64,000 nt of DNA from Squalus acanthias (Eukaryota). The stretch's first letter is position 1; each line of letters starts with the position of its first letter. A program made the translations under genes and the position numbers. Location: the NCBI GenBank assembly GCA_030390025.1, contig JASTWF010000343.1, forward strand, positions 248,001 through 312,000. Direction: 5' to 3'. Positions 1-12,174 of this stretch are shown here, in pieces. Under the pieces are notes generated by a model. The model did no database searches and was not told where the DNA came from. It saw nothing but the letters and a program-made list of their open reading frames with translations.

Positions 1-2109
1 AAACGTTAATATCATTTGGATGGGTAAGATTGCCAAAGAAACCATGCTGCACAGTGGGTATTGTCCCACGTTATATGTGGTTTCCCACCAACTGCTACTC
101 CCTAGTGCCATCATCTCTCTCTGGGTTCTATCATTGCTTTGTTGCATCTGGACCAAGTGTATTTGCGAAGTTGAAGTTCTCTCTATAATGGCTTTAAGAT
201 TTAGGGATAGGGGTGGAATTGGATGTCCAAAGTTAACCACTGCTCTCAGGGCTTCTGCTTGCATTTAAAAGTTCACTGTTAGTTCGGTAATATTGTGAAT
301 TATTACAGGTGGGAGGTTTTGGCTGGCTATTCGGACCATTTGTGTGGGTTTAAAGCAAAAGGTAGGATAGTCTATTGGATATTCATCCTGCCCATGCTGG
401 CATGATTTAGCACGAGTGGTGACGCAATAGTTGCCCATTTTTAGATAAACATAATTTATCCGGTCTAATCCCCACCTTTGCATATTCATACTACAGAGGG
501 GTGAGTCTGAGTCTAGTGTGAACCCACAGGCGGGCCGACTTGGTCTCCTGACATCGCAACAGCACATGTAAACCCCACTATATTCGGTGCAACACCCCAT
601 ATTTGGACTGTCCCAGGTATCATTTCGCTTAATCAGGGTGAGGGGGTGGGGTGATGCAGAAGACTGATGGAACCTGCCTTCCAGCATCCCTATCGACTCC
701 ACCTTAAATACTTCCCAAGGACTCATCTTGTGTACCTGCGGGAACCACAATACGACCTGAACGATTGGCTGACGGTCATAATCCCCATTTACTCTCAGTA
801 AATATACTAATCCCTGCTCACTTGCCTCTTTTACATTTTAGTCATTATCATAATGGAGCCACTTCCTAATCATGGAATCATTGACCAATGAGGGGACTCG
901 GTTACGTTCTATTTCCCTTAACCCTGCCATCACTTGGTCCATCATATAACTCCCATAAATTTAACTTACCATAGCTCCTGAGATGTCTTGTTCTGTTTTA
1001 TTAATCCCTTTTGTCGCATTGTTAAATTGATCCTGCATTTGTCTGTATACTTCTGATTCGCCTCGTGTGGTTATCAGCATATTCTCTAATTCCTGTATGG
1101 TGTCTGAATCTCCCTTATTCATGTTAGGTAGAAGGCCTTTCAACTCTCTTCTCATTACCTCGTCTTCTTCCCAGATAGTTTACATATCTACCCTGTTCAA
1201 GACAGTGGTTCCCGCGGTGGCTCCTAACCCTAACCATTCTCGCAGGCCTCTCTTTGTTCTCAGGTGGCTGCTATTACGACCTGAAATGCTGACCATTGCG
1301 CAAATCTGTTCTACATCCCACGAACCCCATCTGTCTTGGGCATGGTTTTTATCTAAACAATCCTTTACCATTTTCCTCACCAAGTGATCTTAATATCTGC
1401 AGTGTCCTGTAGGACATACATTTCTGGGAAAGGGAATACCTTTAAAATTAAAGATTACCGGTATAATTTCGTACCGAACATCACTATACAATTATTCATA
1501 GCTACGGGTGACAACCAATCCGTTTGATGGTCCTTTTGTTATTAATGGGCATCTCCTATTTTTATACTTGTCGCTTTTCCTTTGTAAACTTGTCTCCTCC
1601 GTTCTTCCCCTGATCTCCATCTGTTGTATTTGTCCTTGCCTGGGTCTCTCTTTGTGCTCCACATTAAAGCAGCCTATCATTCCCCTATGTCTTTTACCTA
1701 TTTTGAGCCAATTCAGTCTATTCAAACTCTGTCCCATATATGGGATCCCCTCACTATTTAGTGTAATCTCAACCATTTTGTCGAATCCAAAACGCTGGAT
1801 CTACAAACTTTAATTTTCCTAATTGAAACTTTGGGGTTACTTGAACATTGTCTTTAGTACATAGACACTCTATTTTAATCCCTTCGCCCTCTCTGGCCCG
1901 TAAATATGGGGTCCCATAGTCGTATTTTCAGGTTCACAATAACCACAGTACACAGTCATATCGCATCCGTCTCCTGAAGCCGCTCCCCATTCCAATGATG
2001 ACGTATCGCCGGTTGACATCTTAACTCCTTTCGGGATGATGATAACATTCGAAGTCTGGTCGATACCAGCAAGCATCAGAAGTCCCACTATACGTCTGAG
2101 TCCTTCCAT
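1..2109 (-). pseudogene. env: env-like fusion glycoprotein, fragmented
   Basis: ATG at 2109 with hydrophobic signal-like MEGLRRIVGLLMLAG. Furin site RTKR (1260-1249) followed by fusion-peptide-like GLREWLGLGATAGTTVL, a heptad-like helix (1155-961) and a Cys-rich region (750-265). Trp-rich SSSWWETTY and hydrophobic MVSLAILPIQMILTF at the window edge. Confidence 0.75.
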
Positions 2110-2159
2110 TTTGGTCACTTGAAGGAAAAAAAGAGTGAAGTATTAGTGCAGTATTTATT

Positions 2160-5157
2160 CTTTTACAGTCTTTTACTGGTTGATATCGTATCATTTAGGT
2201 CCTTTTCTCTTTTCCACTCTCCCTTTAGGGTACTGAACCAGATACACGGCTGGATTCAATGTATCCACTATCGAGTGGAATCCTTTCAATTTGGGGTCAA
2301 ACGCATTTTACTTTTTCCCATAATTTAGTACCATGACTTTATCACCTATCTGATATTCAAAAGGTCGAACATTCTGGTCAAAATATTTCTTGATTTGGTT
2401 TTTAGATTTCCCTAAATTCTTTTTGCCACGTGTGGGTTAACTTCATTAATATGCTCTACTGTGCGCTCCAACCACGAGTGGTTACATGGTTGTTGCATGA
2501 GTGGGGTAGTGCCAGTCAAAGTTAGATGACCTGTAGTCCTCACCAACCTCCCAGTCATTGTCTGGTAAGGTGATATCCCCGTGGTCCTATGTGTTGTGGA
2601 CCGAATTACCATTAAACACATGAGTAACATATTGACCCATCGAGTGGGGTGTTATGTACATGATTTTCCCAACATGGATTTCAGTGTGTGGTACCCTCTT
2701 TCCACTTCCCCGGATGATTGGGGATGATGAGCTATATGTAGATTATGTTTAATTGCCATAATTTCTGTAATTTGGAAAAGAACTTCACCAGTGAAGTCGG
2801 TGCCCTGAACACCATCAAATTGAAGTGGCAGTCCCCACCTACAGAACAACTCACTCAATAATAACCTGGCCGCAGTAAGCACAGTGTTGGATCGGGAGGG
2901 GCAGACCTCAATCCATTTAGTGAACTGGTCGATAACAACGAGGGCGTATTTATAATTGTCCTGCGAAGGTGGGGGGGACAAATACAATCAATTTGAAAAT
3001 GAGTCCTGGGTCCATCAGAGCCTGGCTGACTTCGAAGGAAGGCACGGTTGGAACAAGGGGAGGGGTTCTGCTGCAAAAAAGCTAAGCATCGGGAAACATA
3101 TAAATGTACAGTTTCCTTCATATTTGGCCACCAGGCTGTGGAGGCAATCTTTGCGAAAGTGACTTCTGCCGAGTAATGACCTCCTACAGGTTGGGAGTGG
3201 CATAGGAACAAGAGTTCTTCTGCCTGGTGTGGGGGAATACAGACAACCGGGTACTTATCTGGGGTATTTTGATACATAAGTAATGTTTTTGAACATTTTT
3301 TAGCAAGAAGGTTCTTGCGGCCCATGCAGTGGGTGCCGGTAAGGGTTTACCTTGGTCATGCCAATTGATGACCATCTGATAAGAGCAATACTCTGTTTGA
3401 ACGGAAGCCAGATCGAGAGCCCATTTATTGATGCGTTAGGATGAGATCAACGAATCGCATGGTTTGATAAGGCGGTTTAGTGGGGTGTGAGGGGAATGCA
3501 AGATGATCCTCTGTAAGCTGGTAATGTTCGTAAAGTGTTGACTGGCCCAGAACGTCGCCAGTAGGTGGCGGTCACACGCTGAATACGTCTGTTCTGCCCC
3601 CTGCAAAACTCTTGAGGCAAATGCGATCGGTTGTAACCTGTCCAGTCGTTCTTCACATAGGACCGCAGTCAAACTATGGTCGGTGTATCCGATCTCGAGA
3701 TGGAATGGCTGTGTCGGGTCGGGTGATATCAAACAGGTACCCTGCATAACAGCCAGTTTCAGTTTCTCAACTGCAACGATGTGATCTGGCCCCCACAGGG
3801 AGAAAATTTGATCCTCTTTTCCTTTTAACAGTTCATAGAGGAGCTTTGCAAGTTCGGCAAATCCAGGAATAAAACTACGCTGGTATCCCACTAGTCCCAA
3901 AAAGGATTGGAGCGCTGTCCTGGATACAGGAAGCGGTTGTCGTTGAATGACCTCTATCTTGTGTTCGTCGGGGCTTAGACCCTGCGGAGAGATCGTCACT
4001 CCCAATTAGGTGACCTGTTCCTACAGAAGTTCAGCGTTTCTAGTGTTAATTTTCAAGCCTGCAGTGCTTAACATTGTTAAAAGTTCATCTAACAGTTCAA
4101 GGTGCTCCTCGATTGTACTAGTAGCCAGTAGCAAGTCGTCGACATACTGAAGCAGGCACTGGGGCTAAGAGAAAGGTTTCAGGATCCGTACCATTCTGGT
4201 ATGGAAAATGGTCGAGGCGTTGTGGAAGCCTTGGGGTAGGCACGTCCACGTGAAACTCTGGTCCTGAAAGGTGAAAGCAAATTTATATTGATCCTCTGTT
4301 CTGACGGGAATACTCCAAAAGCCATCGCAATGTCTCGGGTGGAGTAGTATTTAGAGTCTTTTGGGAGCTCTGATAATAAGGTCGGCGCATCCTTAACAAT
4401 AGGGGCGCTCTTGGGCGTAAACTTGTTAAGACTTCGGTAATCAATAGTGAGCCTCCAGCTATCGTTCAGCTTCCAAACCGGCCAAGCTGGTGAATTGGTC
4501 GTGAACGTGCCTGTTCTGAGAATGCCCTGTTTTCAGAGGGAGTCGATGACATCTCGAATATAAGGATGACTTTCTTTGGGAATTGGGTACTGTTTAAAAA
4601 AGGACTGTGACGGACAGTTAATCGTCTCCTCACCCTCCATTCGACCACAGTCATGCTTACTAGTGGCGAATGCGGGTGAGAGCGTTGGAATTAATAATTT
4701 GACTCGCTCATCTGTGTGATCTGGTGCCTCGTACAAGCAAGTCCTCTTAATCGCAAATATAGAGTGGGCATGCGATATTTCGACCAATTCACTACCTCAT
4801 GTCCCGATCCAAATACACCTCTGGTTGTAATCAATAATTATTCCGTAACTTTCCAAAACATCACTTCCCAATATGCCCCATCCGTCAGGAGTTGTCTTCA
4901 TGACAGGGTCATCAACATTCAAATCAATCCCGTTTGTGCGCATAGTTATCATTTCTCCCTTAAAAGCAGAGGTTGGCCTCCCATCAAAGCCTTGTAATGT
5001 CAATCAGCCCTTGCCCGCAGGAGCGTTCAGGGTGTGGGATATGGATGATGGCAACGGATGAGCCTTTATCAATAAGCATGATTTGTTGTCGGCCCCCCGG
5101 TAGAACAACCAAAAATTCTGATCGCCTGTTAAGATCACGTCGGAACCCGACTTCCGA
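2160..5157 (-). pseudogene. pol: pro-pol polyprotein, fragmented (protease, RT, degenerate RNase H/tether, integrase)
   Basis: ORF pieces 4797-5003, 4533-4787, 3436-4005, 2855-3325, 2652-2987 and 2412-2630, plus manually translated RT motifs between them. Integrase core YALVVIDQFTKW..HHPQSSGEVER. Confidence 0.85.
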
Positions 5158-5289
5158 TCAAGAGGGGGCCCGTGATTGGTTGGTGAGTATTTCTCTTTTT
5201 CTCCTTTTTTCCATACTTAAATTCTGTGGTTTATAGTTTCTAGAGTCTCTGTGGTGTAGCGGGGACTGCTGTTAAGAAAGGGACCTTGA

Positions 5290-8200
5290 GTATATCATTT
5301 AATTGAAGTGAAATTGGTGGGATTCAATTATTTTAATTTTAATTAATTAATTAAAGGGTATGTCATGTCAGGAGAGCTCGGCGCCGTGGTGTGCTCCTCC
5401 TGCAATATGTGGGAAATCAGGGACACTTCCTGTGTCCCTGACGACCATGTGTGTGGGAAATGTATCCAGCTGCAGCTACTGACGGAACACATTGCGGCGC
5501 TGGAGCTGAGCATGGATGCATATTGGAGCATTCGCGACGCTGAGAACGTCGTGAATAACACCTTTAGTGAGTTGGTCACACCGCAGGTAAAGGGTGTACA
5601 GGCAGGAAGTGAATGGGTGACCAGCAGGCAGAGTAAGAGGTGCAGGCAGGTAGTGCAGGGGTCCCCTGTGGCCATCCTCCTCTCAAACTGATATACCACT
5701 TTGGATGCTGTTGGGGGGGGGGGGGGTGACTTATCAGGGGAAGACGGCAGCAGCCAACTTCCTGGCACCATGGGTGGCTCTGCTGCACAGGCTGGGAGGA
5801 AAAAGTGTGGAAGAGCTATAGTGATAGGGAATTCAATTGTAAGGGGAATAGATAGGCGTTTCTGCGGCCGCAATCGAGACTCCAGGATGGTGTGTTGCCT
5901 CCCTGGTGCACGGTTGAAGGACGTCTCGGAGAGTCTACAGAACACTTTGGAGGGGGAGGGCGAACAGCCAGTTGTCGTGGTGCACATAGGCATCAACAAT
6001 ATAGGTAAAAAACGGGGTGAGGTCCTAAAAGCAGAATCTAGGGAGTTAGGAGGTAAATTAAAAAATAGGGCCTCAAAGGTAGTAATCTCAGGATTGCTAC
6101 CAGTGCCACGTGCTAGTCAGAGTAGAAATAGGAGGATATTTCAAATGAATACGTGACTAGAGGAATGGGGCAAGGGGGAGGGATTCAAATTCCTTGGACA
6201 TTGGAACTAGTTCTGGGGGAGGTGGAACCATTACAAAGGGACGGTCTGCACCTGGGCAGGGCCGGGGACGATGTCCTAGCGGAGTGTTTGCTAGTGCTGT
6301 TGGGGAGGGTTTAAACTAAAGTGGCAGGGGGTTGGGAACCTGAGCAGGGAGACAGAGGAAAGGGAAATAAAGATAAAAGCTAAAGACAGAAAGGAGAAAA
6401 ACAAAAGTAGAAGGCAAAGAACTCAACGGTGTAAATCAAACATGGTCATAGTAAATAATAATTCATATAGGTCTGAAAGCGTTAAAAAAACAAGCCTGAA
6501 GGCTTTGTGGCTTAATGCAAGGAGCATTCGGAACAAGGTGGATGAATTAGCTGCGCAAATAGAGGTAAATTAATACGATTTGATTGGGATTACTGAAACA
6601 TGGCTCCAGGGAGGCCAAGGCTGGGAACTGAACATCCAGGGTTATTGAATATTTAGGAAAGATAGGCAAAAAAGAAAGGGAGGTGTGGTAGCATTGCTGG
6701 TTAAAGAGGGGATTAACACAATTGAAAGGAAGGATATTAGCTCTGATCATGCGGAATCTGTATGGTAGAACTGATAAATAACAAGGGGCAGAAAACGTTA
6801 GCGGGAGTGGTATATAGACCTCCAAACAGTAATACGGAGTTTGGTGACGGCATTAAAAGGGAAATTAGAGAAGCATGCAGTAAGGGCACAGCATTCATCA
6901 TGGTTGACTTTAATTTACATATAGATTGTGCTAACCAAATTAGTAAAAATACTGTGGAGGAGGAATTCCGAGAAAGTTTACGAGATGGTTTTCTGGAACA
7001 ATATGTCGCGGAACCAACCAGAGATCAGGCCATCTTAGACTCGGTATTATGTAACGAGAAAGGATTAATTAGCAATCTTGTTGTACGAGGCCCTTTGGGT
7101 CAGAGTGATCATAATATGATAGAATTCTTCATTAGGATGGAGAGTGAAGTAGTTGAATCAGAGACTAGGGTCCTGAATTTAAATAAAGGAAACTACGATG
7201 GTATGTGGCGCGAATTGGGTAGGATTGATTGGGGAATGTCACTCAAGGGGTTGACTGTGGATAGGCAATGGCAAACATTCAAAGACTGCATGGATGAACT
7301 ACAGAATTTGTACATCCCAGTGTGGCATAAGAATAAAACCAAAAGGGTGAATCAACTGTGGCTAACAAGGGAAATTAGGGATAGCATAAGATCCAAGGAG
7401 AGGGCATATAAATTGGCCAGAAAAAGCGGTAGCCCTGAGGATTGGGAGCAGTTTAGGATTCAACAAAGGAGGACAAAGGGATTAATTAAGAAGGGGGGAA
7501 AAGAATATGAAAGTAAGCTTGCTGGGAACATAAAAACTGACTGTAAGAGTTTTATAGATATGTGAAGAGAAAAAGAATAGTGAAATCAAGTGTAGGTCCC
7601 TTGCAGTCAGAAGCAGAGGAAGTTATACTGGGGAACAAAGAAATGGCAGCCCAATTAAATGCATATTTTGGTTCTGTCTTCACAAAGGAGGACATAAATA
7701 AGCTCCCAGAGATGTTGGAGAACATACGGTCTGACGAAAGTGAGGAACTGAAATAAATCAGTATTTGCAGGGAAATGGTGTTAGGGAAATTGACAGGATT
7801 GAAGGCCAATAAATCCCCAGGGCCTGATAATTTACATCCAAGGGTACTTAAGGAAGTGGCCCTAGAAATAGTAGATGCATTGCTGATCATCTTCCAACAT
7901 TCGATGGAATCTGGAACTGTACCCATGGAATGGAGAGTAGCTAATGTTACCCCACTATTCAAAAAGGGTGGTAGAGAGATTCCGGGGAATTACAGACCGG
8001 TAAGCCTGACATCGATAGTGGGGAAAATGCTAGAGTCCATTATAAAGGATGTAATAGGTGAGCATTTGAAAAACAGTGACAGGATCGGACAAAGTCAACA
8101 TAGATTTACAAAAGGGAAATAGTGCTTGACTAATCTACTGGAATTTTTTGAGGATGTAACTGGGAAAATAGATAAGGGAGAACCAGTAGATGTGGTGTAT

Positions 8201-9402
8201 TTGGACTTTCAAAAGGTTTTCGATAAGGTCCCGCATAAGAGATTAGCGTGTAAAGTTAAGGCACATGGGATTGGGGGCAAGGTATTGACTTGGATCGAGA
8301 ACTGGTTGGCGGACAGAAAGCAGAGAGTAGGAATTAATGGGTCTTTTTCCGATTGGCAAGCAGTGACTAGTGGGGTACCGCAGTGATCGTTCCTTGGACC
8401 CCCGCTATTCACAATATACATTAATGATCTAGACAAGGGAACGAGATGTAATATCTCCAAGTTTGCAGACGACACAAAGCTGGGTGGGAGTGTGTGCTGC
8501 GAGGAGGGTACCGAGAAACTCCAGGATGATCTGGACAGGTTGGGTGATTGGGCAGAAGCGTGGCAGATGCAATATAACGTGGATAAGTGCGAGGTTATCC
8601 ACTTTGGTGTCAAAAACAGAAAGGCAGACTATTATCTGAATGGCAATAGATTGGGAGAAGGGGAAGTGCAACGAGACCTGGGTGTCTTATTGCACCAGTC
8701 GCTGAAGGTAAGCATGCAGGTGCAGCAGGCGGTTAAGAAGCCAAATGGTATGTTGGCCTTCATAGTGAAAGGGTTTGAGTATAGGAACAGGGATGTCCTG
8801 CTGCAGTTGTACAGGGCCTTGGTGAGACCACACCTTGAGTACTGTGTGCAGTTTTGGTCGCCTTATCTGAGGAAGGATGTTCTTGCCATGGAAGGAGTTC
8901 AGAGAAGATTCACAAGGCTGATACCTGGGATGGCAGGAATGACATATGAGGAGAGATTGGGTCGATTGGGCTTATACTCACTGGAGTATAGAAGAATGAG
9001 AGGGGATCTCATCGAAACATATAAAATTCTGACAGGTCTGGACAAACTAGATGCAGGAAGAATGTTCCCGATGGTCGGAGAGTCCAGAACCATAGGTCAT
9101 AATCTACGGATAACGGGTAAACCATTTAGGACAGAAATTAGGAAGAATTTCTTCACCCAGAGAGTGGCGAACCTGTGGATTTCTCTACCACAGAAGGTAG
9201 TTGAGGCGAAGTCATTAAATATATTCAAGGTTGAGTTAGATATATTTCTTAAAGCTAAAGGTATCAAGGGATATGGGGAGAAGGCAGGTACAGGGTACTG
9301 AGTTTAGATGATCAGCCATGATCTCATCGAATGGCGGAGCAGGCTTGAGTGGCCGAATGGCCTACTCCTGCTCCTATCTTCTATGTTTCTATGCTTCTAT
9401 GT
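5290..9402 (+). mobile_element. CR1 LINE, near full length, decayed
   Basis: ORF1 5365-~6320 has a CxxC zinc finger and an SGNH/GDSL esterase motif (AIVIGNSIVRG). ORF2 ~6490-9301 has APE endonuclease (GVVYRPP, SDHN) and RT (NYRPVSLTS, YLDFQK, SGVPQ, KFADD). Ends in a (CTATG)-type tail at ~9381-9402. Confidence 0.95.
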
Positions 9403-9699
9403 GTCAAAATTATTTAAAAAGCGTCATAATTTTGTATTAATGGTCATAATGATTTATAAAGGGTTGTAAAAGATCTGTAAAGTGGTGTAATGATTTTAAT
9501 GTATTATAAAGGGTTATAATGATTTATAGCGTGCTTTTGCCCGGCCTTCTCCTCCCCGGGCTGGGTTGCTCGGGCCCCTGTGGGCCGGCCCGTGCCGGGT
9601 TGCTCCGCCTCGTCGCTGGCTCTCACGGTAACCGGGCCAACAGCTGCTGCCGCCCTCCGGACACTCGCCTCCCGCCGCCAGGGAAAGGCCCCGAGTGAG

Positions 9700-11215
9700 A
9701 GCCACCATCTTTCTGCGGGGCCCCAGAGATGCCACCTTTGTGCTGGGACCTCAGAGCCGCCATATTTGTGCAGGGCGCAGGAGCTCCATATTTGTGCAGG
9801 GCGGGAGGACCAGAGTCGCCATGTTGGTGCGGGGACGGAGCCGCCATCTTTGTACGGGTCTCCGGAGCCACCATCTTTATTCGGGGCCCCAGAGCCGCCA
9901 TTTTTGAGGTTGTCCCAGACCCGCCATCTTCGTGCGGGGCGCGGATGCCGCAATTTTGGGGCCGGGCACTCAGAGCCGCCATTTTGTGCGGTGCCCCAGA
10001 GCCGCCATCTTTGTACGGGACGCAAGAGCTGCCATTTTTTGTGCCTGGCCCCAGACCCGCCATCTTTGTTCCAGGGCGCCGGACTCGCAATCATTGTGCG
10101 TGGCCCCAGAGCCGCCGTCTTTGTGTGGGGCTCCGTTGCCGCCATCATTATGCGTGGTCCCAGACAGGCCATCTTCGTTCCGGGTCCCAGAGACGCTATC
10201 GTTTTGCCGGGCCCCAGAGCCGCCATCTTTGTGCGGGGGGCCAGGGCCGCCATCTTTGTACGGGTCTCCAGTGTCACAATCTTCGTGCTGGGCGAGGGTG
10301 CCTCCATTATTGTGCCTGTTGTTGATGCCGCCATCTTTTAGCTGGGCCCATGATCCGCCATCTTTGTGTTGAGCGCGGGTGCCGCCATATTTCTGCCGGG
10401 CCCCGGTGCCGCCATCTTTGTGCCGGGCACCATAGCCGCCATCATTGTGCGGCGCACCGGTGCCGCCATGTTTGGGCCGGGCCCCCAGAGCCGCCATATT
10501 TTTGAAGTGCATATAGCCGCCAACATTGTGCGGTGCGCAGGAGCTGCCATCTTTGTGCCGGGCCGCCAGAGCCGCCAGCTTTGTGCCGTGCCCCATCGCC
10601 GCCATCTTTGTGCGTTGCGCCGGAGCCATTATTTTTGTTCGGTGCGCTGGAGCCGCCATCTTTGTGCAAAAATACAGAGCCGACATTTTTGTGCGTGACG
10701 CGAGTGCCGCCATCTTTGTGCCGTGCCCCAGAGCCGCCATCTTTGTGCGGGGCCGCCGAGCAGCCATCTTTGTGTGGCGCTCCGTCGCCATCTTTTTTGC
10801 GGAGCCCTGGAGCAGCTATCACTGTGCTGATCCCCAGAGCCGCCATCTTTGTGCTGAGCCATAGAGCCGCCATCTTTGTGCTGGTGCCCAGATCCGCCAT
10901 CATCTTGCGGGGCCCCAGAGCCGCCATCTTTGTGAAGGGCCCCCAGAACCGCCATCTTTTTGGCGGTCCCTCAGATACGCCATCTTTGTGCGGGGCCCAA
11001 GAGCCGCCACTTTTTGTGCTGGGGCCCAGAGCCGCCATCTTTGAGTGAGCCCCCAGAGCCGTCATCTTTGTGCGAGGCCCCAGAGCCGCCATCTTTGTGG
11101 GGGGCCCCGGTACCGCCATTTTTCTGCTGTGCACCAGAGCCGCCATCTTTGAGTGTTCCCCCAGAACCGCCATCTTTGGGCGATGCCCCAGAACCGCCAT
11201 ATTTGAGCGGGGCAC
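9700..11215. repeat. GC/CpG-rich minisatellite, ~27-28 bp unit, ~55 copies, core CAGAGCCGCCATCTTTGTG
   Basis: GCCAT cores spaced 27-28 bp apart (e.g. 10869, 10896, 10923, 10951, 10979). Confidence 0.95.
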
Positions 11216-11266
11216 CAAACTATCAGGCCCAGTGAATTCTCAACTCTCAGGCTGCAAAGTTTCCAC

Positions 11267-12174
11267 TTATTCTGAACATTTAATGAATTTTACAATCAGA
11301 GTAAAGGGATATTTCCCCACATTCTTCAACTGCTCTCTGAATTTAGTCTGGGTCACGGCGTAAAACCCAGTGTTTGTGCAGCAACTCAGAAGCTGCAGCA
11401 TGAATCCCAGTTCCTGTACATAATCAGGTATATATATAGAATCATACCCCAACCACCACATCCGGTTCCATATAGAATAAATCATAAACACTGCCCATAA
11501 AAGGATGAAATTGCTGGAGATAACAAGCAGTAAAATGATGGATTTCCTGCGGCTCTCCATCTCTGGGTCTCTGGGACTCTCCCCTCTGCTGGGACCCCGG
11601 AGTCTCTTGCGGGCTCTGCTGGACAATAAAATGTGTCTGACGGTGACAGCATTGAGCAGCAAAATCACCACAAATGGGACACACGGGGTGAGAATATAAT
11701 GAAGAAACTCGATTGTTCCCCAGACCCGTGACAGCACAACATCCAATGTGACATAACAAAACCAGGGGGCGTTCATAAACCAATACTGACCTGTGAACAT
11801 AAAATACCAGGTGATGTTCTTTAAACCGCTCAGCACAGTCACTGTTCCCAGAACCACAGCCGCCGTTTTCTCGGTGCAATATTTAGTTTTCAGCTTCTGG
11901 CAACAAATGGCCATAAATCGATCAAAGGTGAAAGTGACGGTGAACCAGACAGAACAGTCTGTGGCTGCAAACAGCAGGACGGCGTGGATATTACACACGG
12001 GGATGGAATTCACGAAATCAAACTGTTCACTATAAACAATCGGAATGTGCCTCAATATCAGGTCGAAGATAACGACCAGTAGATCTGCCGCTGCCATGGC
12101 CACCAGGTAGCGCGTGACACATTTGGAGAGTCCGCACTTTCCCCGAGACAGGATCACAATCGTCACTAAGTTAA
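11267..12174 (-). CDS. Class A GPCR, GPR139-like (cartilaginous-fish expanded type), main coding exon from the end of TM1 to the C-terminus
   Basis: Open frame with AMAAADLLV (TM2), FTFDRF (DRY-like), LTPCVPF (TM5), FILLW (TM6) and SCCTNTGFY (TM7), ending at TAA 11269-11267. Preceded by the acceptor TTTATTTCCCTTCCTCACAG (AG 12176-12175), phase 1. Confidence 0.92.

Larger units (their letters stand above)
1..5280 (-). mobile_element. Decayed endogenous retrovirus-like element (gag end-pro-RT-degenerate RNase H-IN-env), lokiretrovirus-like; runs off window left edge, 5' part lost or displaced by CR1
   Basis: Minus-strand motifs in retroviral order: protease MLIDKGSS (~5080), RT GFWSIPV..TWTCLPQGFHN..LLQYVDDLLLA (YVDD 4146-4135), RNase H-like fold (4005-3436), integrase HHCC and DDE core (3325-2400), then env-like ORF fragments. 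Many stops and frameshifts. Confidence 0.85.

Noticed and set aside
9403..9700. Possible continuation of the ERV gag or leader beyond the CR1 insertion
   Set aside because: No gag-like ORF, PBS or LTR is recognisable. It cannot be linked to the ERV from sequence alone.
9504..11235. Many long overlapping ORFs (up to 276 aa, KMAA/AAIF repeats)
   Set aside because: They arise in all frames from a GC-rich, stop-poor minisatellite. No domain or splice support.
12164..12166. Listed start of the 299-aa GPCR ORF
   Set aside because: It is an internal GTG. TM1 is incomplete and a strong acceptor lies at 12176-12175, so the gene is spliced.
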